In this document: piece by piece, positions 52,801 through 64,000 of the stretch
Numbering within the stretch: the first letter of the stretch is position 1
Layout of the letters: every line of letters starts with the position of its first letter
NCBI GenBank assembly: GCA_965285935.1
Contig: OZ260661.1
Coordinates: forward strand, 54,126,001 to 54,190,000
DNA length: 64,000 nucleotides
Reading direction: 5' to 3'
DNA from: Ophelia neglecta
Lineage: Eukaryota
The notes under the pieces: model-generated
Told to the model about the DNA's origin: nothing
The model's database searches: none
The model's input: only the letters and a program-made list of their open reading frames with translations
Position numbers and translations under genes: made by a program

Positions 52801-55800
52801 GACGTCGGTGGCAGCCTCCTCACCGCCAGAGCTCGGTATCCGGGCCACCATCGACGCCGTCCCGAAGGAGATCATAGTCGCAGACAAACACTCCTGACTG
52901 TGGACGTATTTCTCCAGCACCCGCTTCACATAACTGCGCATAGCGAGCCATTCCCACTCCTCCACATAAAGAGAGGAGTCCAACAAAAAGGCCATATCTA
53001 TTCCAATACAAATCTTTTGAAGCGGCTCTCGGGTAAATGGTGTTTGAGTTGTATTAATTGGGTTTGGAGATGAAGAAAGAACTGACTCCTTTGGGGTCAC
53101 TGGCCTGCTTGTTGAAGTTTTGGTAGTTGTAGTGGACTTGGATGTCGTTCTAACTTCAGTGGTTTCGGTTGTTGGTGGTGGTTTAGTAGTTTGTTTTAAT
53201 GTAGATGATGGCCTAGGAGTGGGAGTGGTTGTGGCAGTAGTAGCAGTAGTGGTAGGGGTTGTGGTACTGGTTGTTGGTGATGAGGTAGTTGTGCTGGGGT
53301 TTGTTGTAGCTATGGTTGGAGAGGTTGTACTGGCCGGGGTGGTGGTCGTCGGTGTAGTTGTACTCCTTGACGATGTCGCTGTCGATCCAGACGATGCGGG
53401 TCTTGTTGTTTCAGAGGAACGAGTTGGCACCAGATTCGGATCAATCTCTGTGTATTAATATTTGATTTAATCAGTGCAAGGAAGTCATTTGCAGTTGGAC
53501 ACATATCCATATACCAGTGTATAGAGACAGTATACTTACCAAGCTCGCATATGAAGTTATGTTTTGAATAACAGTCCGCATCGGACCACTGGAATAACTC
53601 ATCTCCAAACTTTTCGAGCCTTAAACAGTCACCTTTGTGGCCTGGCTGACCGGACTCCCAAAATGTAGTCCTCACCTCTTGACCTGACCCAATTGTGCAT
53701 AAATGTTAGTTTTCACAAAAAAAAGGAATGATATGCGTTGCGTAGAAATTAGATAGGTCGACTTGTTTTTAACGATTAATAGATTATAACCTTGAACCTG
53801 CCCCCGGAATCTGGGGACATTCATGGAGGTAAACCCTATAGGGCCTGATATTCAGGTATTACTAGAGGTGCTTACCATCCAGCCATGTCCACTGGACTCT
53901 CGTCAAGCCGATCCAGAAGCCGTAGATGTCGGTGTCTTTGCCTGGCAGAGCCTGACCTATCCTGTGATGGATGCTCGCGTCGTCTACCTTCGCCAGCCTG
54001 GCTCCTTTCTGATGGCAGATCTGCCGTGCCATGAACCAGTTGACCTGGTCTCGGGCAAACATAAAACACCGGCCTTCGCTCGTCAGAACTTCCTGGTAGG
54101 TCTGAAGGGCGGCGGCACACAGTGGGTTAGTTTCAACTGTCAAAAAAAGAGAAAACGATAATGTAGCTACTTACATTCGACCAGTGGAAAAAATTGTTAT
54201 GCGACAGAAGACGTTGTACAATCTCCTCCATTTCCGTTATATATCACGTCATCAACTGCGTTGGCCCAACGTCACATTTTTTGGCCTGCGATCGACCAAT
54301 CAGTACGTGTGCATTGCAGGTGTTCTCATTTATTGGAATCCTGATAGGTAGACTAGTGTAGTACGTAAATTTCGAAACAAAAATTTACATGCTTGCTTTG
54401 TAGCTCTGAACAAAATACAAATAAGCAAATTATTTGATTTCAGAAGTTTCAATGATATTGTAGCCTCCCTAGAGTGATAGAATTTTTGTAGATACACCTG
54501 ATTTACCAGTTTCGCAAATATATCCGACTTTAAAAGCACATGGGCGATCCTGCCACACGAAATTTTGGCTCGGGATAATCATGACACATTCCAAGTCCGG
54601 AACCCCGTGGGTCGGGGTGCCGGAGTCCCAAGCACTGAAGTTTCCAATACCTGAATGAAAGTTTATAGTAATTACAAAGAAATGCCAATTATTTGTTTTA
54701 TGCGGTGTATGATCCCAGAGCGGTCATATTGAATTGCAATGTGGATAACTATAAAAAGTTTTAAACATAAAATTACCTGTTTGGCTATCACCATACCATT
54801 TCCAATAGGTATCTCGTTTCTTGCCGCCAAGCCAAATTGCAACCCATCCTTCAGACTGCATTGCCTATAATATGAATAAACTGACATTAGGCCCAATATT
54901 TTACAGAATCACAATTCATACATGATTTTGTATAGAATTCACCCAGAGAGTACTATAGGCTAGAACTGAACAAAGAAATATTGAAACACAGGGGTCTAAT
55001 TCAAATGCATTTAACATGGTAATTTTATTTCTTGTTAAAATTCCGATTTAAGCTCATGTTTCATTACACCCGAAAAAGTGTAACTAATGTAGTTGCCCAG
55101 TTTTAAGAAATAAACGAATAATAATATTTAAATGAGTGGTGCTTAGACTGATCAGTGTAGGCGAGATATATGTAGAGGTATGAATTGGCCATATATTTCT
55201 GTAATTATTATAATATGTTAGAGGACCTACTCGTTTGACTAGTTCGAGTGCCAGTTCGTCCCTGGTGTAGGCTAGATGGCCCTGGTAGGAGTGACAGTGC
55301 CTCCTGGCAGTCTCCCAGTCGGCTGTTACCGACGGGCTAAGGTAACATCGGCTGCGGTCCCCATCCGCATCCACGTAACAACTTAAACCTGAACAATTGT
55401 ACTGCTTAACTTCACATTATTGGGATACGTGAAATAGCAATAGGCAATATATTTACTACAAAAACATAAATCTTAAAATGGGGTTTTAAAGATCATATTA
55501 TGCACAATCGTGGGTTTAATTTGTGCTATCAGTGTTAATTTGTGTTATAAACTTGCATGCTAAAATGGCAAGCTTTTCAAGATTACACGGTATATGTTTA
55601 CAAATCATGTTCAAACCTTCCTTTGGTATTCTTAGGGAGCGTTCATTATTTATGGCCGGGGGGGGGGGGGGTGGTAAATTTGGGGGGGACACTTTTTTTT
55701 CAACCCATTTCCATGGGGGGGACAGTTTTTTTTCAACCCATTTCCATGGGGGGGACAGTTTTTTTTTAGTCTATTCACAGGGTGTGCAATTTTATTTAGA

Positions 55801-57380
55801 AATATATATTGTACAAAAGTGTGTAGTGAAACTGATAAAACTTTGATGGGGGGGGGGCAATTTTTTTCCACCTATTTCTGAGGGGGGGCAATTTTTTTCC
55901 CACCTATTTCCAGGGGGGGGGGCAATTTTTTTTTGACGTACTCATTTCAAAAATTTACCACCCCCCCCCCCCCGGCCATAAATAATGAACGCTCCCTTAC
56001 TAGGTCCTACTGAATAGTTATCACCATCGACAGCGTGAAATTGCTGTATCATTCAGCGGCGAACGACGAGAAATAGCATTTCGTTGTTTGCGTTATCATT
56101 AGAACACTTGGACCAATAGCATGCTAATATTGTTTGTCAGCAATCATATTTACATCACAAAGTCGTGCATTGGATAACCATAAGAATACTTTTTATATTG
56201 GTAAGAATGAAAAATAGACCTTGTAAAAATACGTTCAGCGTCAAATGTAGGTGAACCGTTTCCAATTATAAGAAATTACACCCTCGCGACATAAAACACA
56301 GTCAGAGCCGTTGCGTGGTAATGAAAAGTACTTGCAGTTACTTGCACTAGCTGTTACGACTAGCAGTCAAGTCAATAATAACTGTACCGTGGTCGTACGG
56401 TAGCGCTACCTCCTCTCTTCAATACTCATATAAAACATAATATGTCATGTTAAAATCAACAAAAGGTCATGACCCATGACAACTTCATTATATTTCTAAT
56501 TGTCAGCCATCTTGCCCCCAAGGTGTCTCAGTGAATGGGGCATGGGAAAGCAGCTGGCTTCCCATCAGACGAACCACAAACCTAACATTTATTGCACTCA
56601 GGATCTGATACTTCTTTTTACAAATAATAGATATACAAAGAGTTTTTGGGTATTCAGAGAAGAGAAACCAACGTAAATATAAACCTTATAAGTATAAAAA
56701 ATAAATCAATTGCCATTGCTTTTATTGTGGCGTAGGCCTACATGCACTAAAACGTGAAATCGTGGGAGTCAAGTTTGTTAAAGTATTAGGAATTTACAGC
56801 CATCTTTGTAACTGATATAACATTCAGAATATGAAAATATTAACCATTTTACATGCGTGGCTGCACACAAACTTAAAGAAAGTTATTCCATTATTATTTC
56901 ATTATCTTTCGGTACATACATCTCAAACTGTTTAAAAAGATGTTATATGTGCGTTATGTGAAAGGAATGACAGGTTCTTAATAAAAATTGCTTTTGTGAA
57001 TATATCTTCGTACTTATAGTACTGATTTGCGAATAAAGTTACAATCGACAGTAATGCTGTACACGGCGTAAATTGGTTATATATTTTCCATTTTAATCAC
57101 ATAATGATTTACTTTATGATAGGTTTTTTTTGTGCTATTTAACATCTAATTGTTTCATTTTTCTCAATATAAACAGTGGAACTTAACGCCTAGGGCCTTT
57201 GTCTCTGTTGAGCCTTATCAATCTCACCAGCATTGAAATAAACCATATTGTATATGTAATTAGACTTAGATAGGAATCAATTACTATGGTTTAACACTCA
57301 CCTCCAATATCAATTTTAACGATGTAAAAGGAATAGCACGGAGCGATCGTAAACACAGTCAACAGCCATCTCGAAAACAT
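49886..57380 (-). CDS. Gene C: type I membrane protein (signal peptide, 2 CTLDs, Thr-rich stalk, VWA domain, TM, basic Ser/Arg tail), ~778 aa
   Basis: Exons 57380-57302 (MFSRWLLTVFTIAPCYSFYIVKIDIG), 55388-55231, 54864-54777 (AMQSEGWVAIWLGGKKRDTYWKWYG), 54650-54507 (ECVMI...WQDRPCAFKVGYICE), 54136-53876, 53683-53540 (DCLRL...WSDADCYSKHNFICE), 53447-52329, 50583-50502 (TM IATTVTVVSLVVVTGLIILLVVFFVRR), 50147-49886. Sum 2337 nt; all GT-AG. The first exon is the least certain. Confidence 0.85.
52460..53010 (-). other. von Willebrand factor A (VWA) domain in gene C exon 7
   Basis: CIGIDMAFLLDSSLYV...MRSYVKRVL...MISFG...RNIDGAL..M...VF...PHMGVVITKG...A..AK..GIVLSSIVIG...DIASDP follows the matrilin/collagen VI-type VWA pattern. 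Confidence 0.85.
55635..55996. mobile_element. PIF/Harbinger (Tourist-like) MITE in gene C intron 1
   Basis: ~45-bp TIRs GGGAGCGTTCATTATTTATGGCCG(n)TGGTAAATTT / AAATTTACCAC(n)GGCCATAAATAATGAACGCTCCC; TTA on both flanks (55632-4, 55997-9); internal ~30-bp subrepeats. Confidence 0.85.
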
Positions 57381-60300
57381 AGTCTCTTCTTACATCTTAG
57401 ATCAAGTTACTTAAAGCTGAAAGGAGCACACAAGTATAGATTAATGAACTGTATTCAATGAACAAGAAATAACACACGAAATGCTTTCTTAAAATTAATT
57501 TAATCTTACAAATGTCCTAAAATACAAGCATTTTCATATTGTTAAGCGCTGAGATATAATCAAATTTTACCTGTCGGAGAAATTCAATTCCAAACTGGAG
57601 TGAATAGTAAGTACGTAGCACTTGACGATCCGATCAAAAGAGTTCACACTTTATCATAAATATTCTGTTATTTCTGTATACTATATATTTTCATAGCCTT
57701 ATCATATACCGTCGGTAGCGTGTATAATCTCCCAGGGAAAAAACAACTCTACAACTTCGGTTGGGTTGAACTTTCTCGGCTGACTGGATAACATTGGGAA
57801 CGAGGCTCGGAGAAAATTAACTGGCATCATGCGAAGTTTTCGCTCGATAGCCAAGATTTTTACAAATTGCAATAAGCATCGTCACGATAAAAACACATTG
57901 TAAAGGAACTAGTTGTGTGCGTGTAAAACGAAAATGTAACAAAACCACTGTCATATAATTATAAATTGGATGCACATGGAAACTGTTTGTCTTCGGCTTT
58001 GGTAAAAACATATAGGACATTATATAGTTGGCAAAATAAAATTCTGGAGCAGAGTTTAAGTGCAGGCCTACTAGTAGTTACTTGTAAATCTTACAAGTAA
58101 ACATTTTTCAGCGCTATGCATTACAAACTAGACTTATAAACAGATCGGTTGTCGATAAATACTATGCATGCTCTGTAATAACTTGATATGCCAATGACTA
58201 ATACTGAATCATGTCCAAATACTAGCCTCGCATACACTTTTACCAATGGAACGGTTTTGTTGACACGAAGGCTTTGGCAACAAAAAGTTCTAAATCATGA
58301 AACATCCAGTTTATGAAAGAAGTATTATTAATGGAATAACTTGAATGATGAAGGAGGTCAGAGTATGGCAATAATATCTTTCTGTTAGAGCGGTTATCCC
58401 AGTGCAGGGGGGTTATTAAGCCTATCCAATATAATATGTTTATAGGTTGCATGTCAATAAGAATTTGTCAAGAATGCTTGTTACAAGAGAACGATCATTA
58501 CTTTTGCAGGTCTTTGATTTATTTGTACAAAATTGGTTTTAATGATTGCGCGGCTTTGACCAAGGCAGCGAGGTCACCAATTTCAGCGAACCGTGCCATC
58601 AGCTATTCGGCCAGCTAGCCGTTCAAGCGTTATGATGTGGAAAATCTCTCACAATTAAATGTACTCTAGTATAGAAAAATATTGGAGAGGCCCACCATTA
58701 TTGTAGCCGACTGGTGTTGATTTCTATTTTCTATTTGTATACAGTTTTCTCGAAATTTATAGTTGTTAGTACATATTTAATGTCAGATCACGAATTATTA
58801 CTACCCAAAGTATGAATATAAGGCTCCCTTAGCCTACTATTAAGTAGAAAGTTCCATTATCGTAGACAGCCTGTTGCCTTTCTGGTAGGCCTATACTACA
58901 TATTATGACGTGAAAAGTACAGATCACTTGATTGATCTGATTGGCCGAAAGCCGTAAAACCCCGATAGATAAGAAACGACGTCCCCAATCGTAAAGAGGT
59001 CAAGTCATATCAATTGCGGTCAAACCGAGGTCAACTGATATCAGCCGCCGACCCAATAAAACGAATGAAATGGCCAATGCTCTTTTACTTCTTGATCAGA
59101 ATTTCAATATTGAGCTGATAACTAGCCATTTTGTCGAAACAGGTGTGCTTTCAATAAAGTGATTGGGCATACACGTTGAAGCCAAGCCACATTAAGGGGG
59201 CCATGCAATCAGCTTCACAAAGCTCACAAGTCAGGTTTCTCAACAGCACGAACTTAACTAGGAAATGCATTTGTCTAGCATAATAACCTACTACATCCAT
59301 CGGCCGCGATTTAACGTTATAGGGCATATAGACCAGAGAAGCTATTCACGCTGTTGGCCGAAAAGTTAAGGCATTATTAACAGTGTAACGTTACAAAAAC
59401 AAAGTCTCAATTGTGTTTCATTAAGCCATATTCAAGCCGTAGGTGTATAAAGTAACTCATAAAACTATATTGCCATAGGGTCCTCTAAACGTTTGGTCTT
59501 AAAATACAAATTGCATCTATTTAAGAATATACACATGATGTATAAATCTGTATGATGACATAATTATATTTAGTACTTAATTGAGAACCGGTTTTATTTA
59601 TAATGAATCTTTTTCCCCTTTCCAAATGAAAACGAGCTTCGCCCTCATATCTCCAGAATGTAAATGTAGAGTAAAACTTACACTTAGTTTATGCCGTGAC
59701 CAATTCAAGTTTGGCGCATAGAAGAAAATGTGGGTTTTTCTTTTCCAATATGGACATGCATGATCCTTTCAATCATCACCAATATAAGGTCAGCATTGAT
59801 TACATGCTTCACGTAATCGCTAACTAGATCTAGAACCTAACTCTGATTGTTCAGAGGTACCCCCACAGTCTTAGAGTTGTAATAATGTATGTACATGATA
59901 TCCTCACTCGATCTGGACACTATTTGAGATGTATATCCCGTGAATATACCACTCAAGTTGTGTGAGTGTTGCCCCTGAAGAGCCCGAAATATTTGAGATG
60001 TATGTTACTCGAGTAGATTCTTCATTGCTTAATTCTTTGAATCAAATTGAACAAACTAAGCAAATAATATTAAATTCTTGAATGCAACTGCCGTTTAACT
60101 GTATATCGTTAAAATTATAAAGGTTTTAGACACATACATAACTACAACACTACTTCGATATTATGCTTTTCGGAAACTTTAAATAGTATAAAGGCAAACT
60201 TTTCCCATGAACATCAGGCAAATATTCGTTTCGACGGTAGGCGTTAGAATAAGGAAATATATATTGGCCAGGAGCAGACGATAATACCTCATGATTGGTC

Positions 60301-60831
60301 AGACATTTAATGATTCTTTTTATCAAGGATTTCTACCGGTTTGTTTGCGAGTCTTTACTATGAACATTTCTCCTGTCGCAAAATAAACTTCGCCGTTGTG
60401 AACATTTGTTAGTATTGCAAACTAATTAAGTAAGGGTATTATATAGATTATTCTCAGTTTGCTCTGTGTTTCAACGATTAATATCGGAAATGGCCTATTT
60501 TATATAATTAATGCGTTGGTTTTGAGGCACAGCAGTCGTGCATTTAATAATATTTCACCGGACATGTAGGCTTTTCATGTGAAAACTTGCCATATTTCTA
60601 TGTGTTATTCAACCTGTACAATATCAAACATAGAATAAATAAGTCATGCTGTTAGGATTCCGATTCTGGTCTAGTCAGTTTGAAAAGTTACCCGGCTGTG
60701 ACTAATAATAAAATTCCTGCAAATATATCCACACAAAACACATATAACATTCTTTATATCATCCACTATGATTGATTATAAACAATATAGTACTGCATAA
60801 TACATGTAGTTAAAGCACAGTGTAAGACTTA

Positions 60832-63800
60832 TCAATAGTTTTTATAACTGTCTAAGTGAGTTTGATAGAGACTGCCACTTTTAGCTTCATGCCATGAGAA
60901 GGTATTTGTTGAGTAAGGACTTTCTTGTAGCACTATGGAACTGGCATATCTAGGCATCCTGAAGTTCCAGTCTCGCCATTCTATGTCTCTCATAGCTGGA
61001 TTTTCTTCAATATCATCAACTGTTGAGGAATCGGAGCTAAAAAAAAACAAGATAGATGCAATCAGTTATGCAGTGAAGAGTTGTTTGATAATGAACTCAA
61101 CAATAATCAATAACAATACAAGAAAATATTTCTTTCGTGCTCTTTGAAAATAGAATTTTATCACCTACCCATCTAATAGGGGTTTAGTAGGTTTTCTCTT
61201 GCTAAGTATGAACCCTATGACTCCGGTCGTCAAAATCAAGAAAGCTGTCGCAGCGCTACATACGAGCCCTGTATGATTAAAATGTGTTTCAAAATAATAA
61301 AAACAAGTTTGTTTACGCACTAACATGTCGGCTCCAGGAAAAATGTAGTGAGTTTTGTTCTGAATAAGGAAACGATGAGAATTTATGTGTGGGGATAGAC
61401 GGAAAAAAATTACGTCTACCCTCCGCCACCCTGCCCTACCCCTTCCCCCCCCCCCCACCCCTCCCCTCCCAGCTCCTCGACGACCTAGACGGAAATATAT
61501 GCGAAGCAATCTATTCACTTTCTAAAGTGAACCAGTTACGCTTCTATTGACTGAACTCGTGCATCGTACGATGATATAAAAGCAAGAAAAAAACACAACC
61601 CAAGGATACCAGGACTGATCACTCAAATCAGTGGCAGTCTGTTTCTGCTAGTCTTATAATTATATACGATCGAGTGTGTATTGGAAGCATGCTTTGATAG
61701 GTAGACGCAATTGGTTAGAAAAAATCTCACAACACAGAAGTTCTTCAATAAACAAGCTTTGATAAGAAAACGTGGTCTATTAAGAAATTCTCAAAGCTTA
61801 CTCAGCTAGCTGCGATACAAGAATAGGGCACAAAATATAGGAGCGCACTCGTAAGGAGAAGAGCTTCCACTAAAGAAGTCTGACTCCGATAAGTGAGTCT
61901 GACCTAATAAGGTGTGCTTTTAGCGAAACAAGCTATGAAGCCCTTTCAGATGAAAAACGTCTCCAAATGATGCACCCCCCCCCCCACCTCCACCCAAGGA
62001 AGCATGCTCAGGTGGCAGTACACGCTAAAGGAGGCGTGTTATAAAGAAAAAACATCCTGTAGAATGTAGCGATTAAATAAAATGTTGCCTAAAAGTCTGA
62101 AACGCTGGATGCAATAATTTGTCTTCAAGTTTGTAGTCCGAATGTGTCCCCCGTGGCCAGCCATTCAGAAAAAGTCCCCTTATCAAATCTGATAAAAATG
62201 ACCCTTCATCTCTTCCCACCTAAAGCATGACACATGGTTCTTAAATAAGGCAACATTTTTACATACCAATGGCAGGTCGAACTCCAATAAGACCGGAACT
62301 GTCACCAGTGAAAAGGTTTGGTTGTTGTGACACACCTGACTGGACGGCAGTTGACACATCGGAATTCGTTTTGGTATTTGGTGTGACCTTGGTAACTACG
62401 AGGTTCTTTGTATGTTCCTCATTCCCAACAGTAATCTTTACGGTCCTATCGTTTCGGGCTTCTGGGTAGGATAGCGTAGATTCCTGCCACAATGTGCTCT
62501 CCTTTGCACTGTCAGGCTTTGGGGTTCTGGTAGATGTAGCTTCTGGTGAGGTCAGTGCTGCAGTGAAGACGTTTGCTTTTGTTCCATCATCTACTGACAT
62601 GCTTGAGGACGGCAATTTAGTTGCTGAAGTTTCAACTGCACTTGAATTGGAACCTTGGAATTTTGTTGAGGTTCTTCTCCTTTCATTGGCTGACGAGATT
62701 TCTGTTGTTGTTATTGCTGGGTCTCTTGACCTCGATATTCCCTCTGTCGTAGTAACTGACAATGGTACTTGAGAAACTGACCCTGTGTGGGATGGGTAAG
62801 ATGATGTATCCGATTGATCCGTAAAGTTTGGAGTTGTTTTATCTGAAACGAAACGTTCCATGCTTAGCAACTATCAGTTTGGTTTTACGAAGTATGTTTA
62901 TTATCATCAATGTCAATTTTTTGTGGAAAATATACAAAAAGGGAAAAAATTACATTCAATTATTTCCTATTATAATAATCAGATCTGATGCTGAGAGTGT
63001 TGATAATAAAAGCAATATTTAGCAGCGGTACAGTTAAGACTGGATGACTTAAGAAGAGAGATTATATCAAATCGGTTCATCATATTTCAAACTAACCATA
63101 GCATTGTGACACAATGCCTAAAGATGAATGTTGTTTACTCATAGAAGACAGTACATGCAGCAAAGGCCCTATTCCCATACCCCCCCCCCCTCCCTCCCTC
63201 CCCCACCAAGCAGCGACTAAAAGCCCAAGCGATAGATACCGGCCTAGTGACGTATTCTCGTCTCCCGCCTTGAGGAATAAGATGGTAGCAACCAGGTTAT
63301 ATGTATACCTGTACATGTAGCCGACGTCTCAAGGCATCTCTTTTTGTCATCATCCCATAGTAACTCGGCAAGAACACATGGCCTGTTGGGATAAATGTTT
63401 CCTTCAAAACATGATACATAGAGGTTGCAAGATAAACAGGACTGGTAGTCACCGTTCGGCATCCCAATACAGTTGTTAACGCCTCTCTGGCCTGTAGGAC
63501 ACGGAAACACACTCCTACTGCTAATAAAAACCGTGGCACGTGTTACTTCCGGTTCAGTACTTGAAAAAGACGCCGGTGTTGTCCTGTACAAATGCGAAGT
63601 CACATTTCCATGTTTCCCAACTGTTGCGGATGGTTGATCTTTGGTTCCTGGGTTCCCGGAAACGGTGAGCATTGGTGTTGTGCTTGACCTTACTCTCACA
63701 GATGTTACAGTGATAGGATTGGTATTACGGGCCTCCGATGTACGGTCGTCGGTGATCAAAGATTGTCGTGTTCGTCGACGCCGAGTAGATGATTTGAATG

Positions 63801-64000
63801 TTGGTAATGTCGACGTCAATTCAGGCATTGAAGTAGTATGACGATCACTTGATGGCTGCGCACTAGAATAGGAGTAAAATGTAGTTACCTTATCGCTGTT
63901 TCCACTTCCTGAGAATGGAACAGTCGGTCCCATTTTTGGTTTTGTCGATGCAGATTCTTGCTCTGCTGTTTCTGTGCTGATTGTTGATCCGACCGTGGTT
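60832..64000 (-). CDS. Gene D (5'-incomplete): membrane mucin with a chitin-binding type-2 (CBM14/peritrophin-A-like) domain, TM and short tail
   Basis: Exons >64000-63309 (frame open to the window edge), 62842-62267, 61268-61169 (TM GLVCSAATAFLILTTGVIGFILSKRK), 61036-60832 (ends ...SYKNY*). GT-AG sites; same phase 1/1/2 pattern as genes A-C. Confidence 0.8.
63313..63501 (-). other. Cys-rich chitin-binding type-2-like domain in gene D
   Basis: CPTGQRGVNNCIGMPNGDYQSCLSCNLYVSCFEGNIYPNRPCVLAELLWDDDKKRCLETSATC; C..Y..C...C....L.WD....C spacing typical of CBM14. Confidence 0.75.

Noticed and set aside
59970-60015. CTGAAGAGCCCGAAA resembling a minimal hammerhead ribozyme core
   Set aside because: No stem I/III complementarity or properly placed NUH cleavage triplet found.

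Overview
AT-rich, intron-containing animal genomic DNA, probably from a marine invertebrate; the chitin-binding domain style suggests a lophotrochozoan, which is inference. No prokaryotic operons, rRNA/tRNA genes or CRISPR arrays were seen. Manual GT-AG and phase reconstruction gives a head-to-tail minus-strand cluster of four single-pass (type I) membrane glycoprotein genes. Gene A (23599->9650, 12 exons, ~1189 aa) and gene B (46707->38323, 9 exons, ~1054 aa) each encode a signal peptide, 2 C-type lectin-like domains (CTLDs), a long Ser/Thr mucin stalk, a TM helix and a Tyr-motif tail. Gene C (57380->49886, 9 exons, ~778 aa) encodes a signal peptide, 2 CTLDs, a Thr-rich stalk, a VWA domain with a degenerate MIDAS, a TM helix and a basic tail. 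Gene D (5'-incomplete, >64000->60832) encodes mucin, a chitin-binding CBM14-like domain, mucin, a TM helix and a tail. Several real exons are missing from the ORF track. All six CTLDs lack EPN/QPD motifs. Introns and spacers hold a near-intact 5'-truncated LINE (33823-37277) with a 27-bp-arm palindrome at its 5' junction, a nested LINE remnant, a SINE with a 14-bp TSD, MITEs and microsatellites. The best candidate for an undescribed system is this modular lectin/mucin receptor cluster; novelty cannot be confirmed without database searches.
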